From NCBI GenBank assembly GCA_964016885.1, contig OZ024741.1:118544001-118608000 (forward strand): DNA of 64,000 nt, given 5' to 3'. A program made the translations under genes and the position numbers. The stretch comes from Eledone cirrhosa (Eukaryota). Below the pieces are notes generated by a model. That model was not told where the DNA came from and searched no databases. It saw only the letters and a program-made list of their open reading frames with translations. Shown here piece by piece: positions 61,721 through 64,000 of this stretch; positions within the stretch are counted from its first letter, which is position 1; each line of letters opens with the position of its first letter.

Positions 61721-62619
61721 AACCTTTACATGATTTTACATATATCAGTAATTAAGGTGTCAAGTTGGCAGAGTTATTAGAACCTTCAGATTCCGTCAAC
61801 TTTGCCTTTCTGGGTCGATTGGTTAAGAAATAATGTATCAGTTCAGTACTGGGCTCGCTTCTCTATCTCTCTCTTCATGTCCCATTTAGATATAAATCAA
61901 TCGGACAACCCAAATTATTCGACTTATGCACAAATGGGAAAATAACAGACAATTGGGTAAAAAATACAACAAAAAAACAAAAAAAACAATGTCAAACTTT
62001 GGAAGAAGGAAGCTTCATTTAATATTTCTGAAAGAGACAGAAGTGACGACGATGACAACTGGGGTTGTTAAGAGAAAGAGTATTGAAGAAAGAGAATGAA
62101 GGATTGATTGATCTTAGCAACACACACAGCAATGGACTCTTAGAGTAAGTTTAATGATAGATAAGAAGGACTGTTTAATTCAACCAACGAAACTATAACG
62201 CCACATAGCTACACAACAGAATGCTCACTGCACAACATGTGTACAAAAAATTAACATAAAATAGCGGAAATAATTCACTGGAATGTTCGCAAGAGTTTTA
62301 GCTTTTTATTCACTGAGAAAAGTTTTGGGGAAATTTTGTGGGAACAGAAATAAAAGTTCTAGCAAATAATGAAGTGGGATTGCTATGGGGTTTTCTCGTG
62401 CAAACCGACAGGAAAATACTGCGCAAAAATCTAAAATATTTTCATTGATAGGAAGAGGAAAGCGTGCTTGGTAACTGATGTAGCATTCCGTTTGATACGA
62501 GAGTTGGAAAAAAAAGGAAAGAAAGAAAGAATATTACACTGACCGGAAATATGAATTCCTCAAGTGCTAGTAAAATGAAGTTGAGAAGATAATAATTTTG
62601 CCAATTTTTATCGAAGCCT

Positions 62620-63240
62620 TGGGGTGTATGACAAAGCTAACTTCGGCAGGATTTGAACGTTTTGAGTTCAAATTTCGCCGAGATTAGCTTTGCCTTTCAT
62701 CCTTACGAAGGTCGATAAAATAAAGTACGGGGAACGCACTGGGGTCGATTTAATTGACATTCCCCTTTTCTTTAACTTGCTGGCCAAATGTAGAAACAAC
62801 AACAGCAACGATAATAATAATCGTTTCTGATTCAGACAAAAGGTCAACAATTTAGGGAGAGGGGAAAGTCGATTAAATTGACCACAGTGCGTTACTTGTA
62901 CTTTATTTTATCGACCCTCATAAGGATGAAAGGCAAAGCTAACCTCGACAGGATTTGAACTTAGAATGTGAGAGCCGGAAGACATACCGCGAAATATTTT
63001 GTCCGACCCTCTAACGCTAATAATGGTTTCTTATATAGGCATAAAGCCAGCAATTTTGGGGGAGGGGAAAGTCGATTAAAATGCGTGATTGGTACTTTAT
63101 TTTAACGACCCCGTAAGGATGAAAGGCAAAGTTAACCTCGGCGGGACTTGAACGCAGATCACAAAGGGCCGTAACGCTATGCTGCAAAGCATGGCGCCCA
63201 ACCCTCTACCGATTCTGCCAATCCACCGCCCTTGCTCTAA
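62620..63240. repeat. Cluster of SINE copies in opposite orientations
   Basis: Partial (-) copy, (+) copy at 62662-62800, then two (-) copies at 62820-63015 and 63020-63235. Confidence 0.75.
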
Positions 63241-63949
63241 CGCTAATAATAGAAGTAAAAATATTTAGTCCATTTAAATTTTATTAGTTTTAAAAAAAAT
63301 AAAAGTAAAAATTGTCTATTTTTTAAATAAAGAAGGTTGATTTTATGAACGAAATTTTTTTTGAAGAATGAGATTAACAAATCCTCAGTGAACAAATATT
63401 CAGTGCGGATGTATGATTCGAGAAACAAGGAGATCTAATTAACAGTCACCCCTCGGGTTCAGAATATCGTAGACAGAACCTTTGCTTTACATATATTAAT
63501 TATATATTTTTCATACGTTTAAAATATCCCACAATACGTTTTTTCATCTTTTTTTATTGGCGGGGAGGCTTTTTTTTTTTTCCAAATTAAAGAATTTTGT
63601 TTTTGTTATTAAGAGATAGAAGACGGCGAATTTACAGAGTGGTTATAGCGTCGGAGAGAATGCTTTGTGGTATTCATTCTGGCTCTCTGCTCTCTGAGTT
63701 CAAATCCTGTCGAGGTCAACTTTGTCTTTCATCTTTTCGAGGTCGATAAAAAAGGGCCAGTCTAGTACAGGAGTCGATTCTTCCTCCATATATCTTTCTC
63801 ATTTCCTCTCTCTCATTTTCTATCTTTCTCTGGAAGAAATCTGCTGTACTCAGACCTGGAGAGGGGATGGGTTCCACCAGGATTAAAATGCCTAAGAAAC
63901 GCCGTATGTCAATACAGCGCCCCTACGACTCTCCCAGGAGTTGCGGGAC

Positions 63950-64000
<51 letters not shown>

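Overview
This is AT-rich, repeat-dominated eukaryotic DNA. The repeat content suggests a cephalopod, probably Octopus (inference from the SINE/RTE families and huge TA/TATG tracts). Nearly all long ORFs in the track are microsatellite translation artefacts. The only recognisable host gene piece is the 72-bp first coding exon of an MTSS1/MIM (I-BAR) gene on the minus strand (41937-42008), so its first intron probably covers everything to the left. Mobile DNA includes a young 5'-truncated RTE-clade LINE with a PHD finger embedded in its RT, SINEs sharing its 3' tail, bipartite RTE-derived non-autonomous elements (one with a possible HDV-like ribozyme relic), a decayed DD37D/maT transposon, MITEs and many tRNA-derived SINEs. 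The most striking signal is a set of about 10 small non-coding elements carrying type I hammerhead ribozyme (HHR) motifs from at least 4 sequence families. Most sit in or beside (TA)n tracts and many are folded back into long DNA palindromes, including a perfect 350-bp palindrome with two complete ribozymes. They resemble Penelope-like pLTR relics or retrozymes. All RNA folds were worked out by eye and need computational and experimental confirmation.
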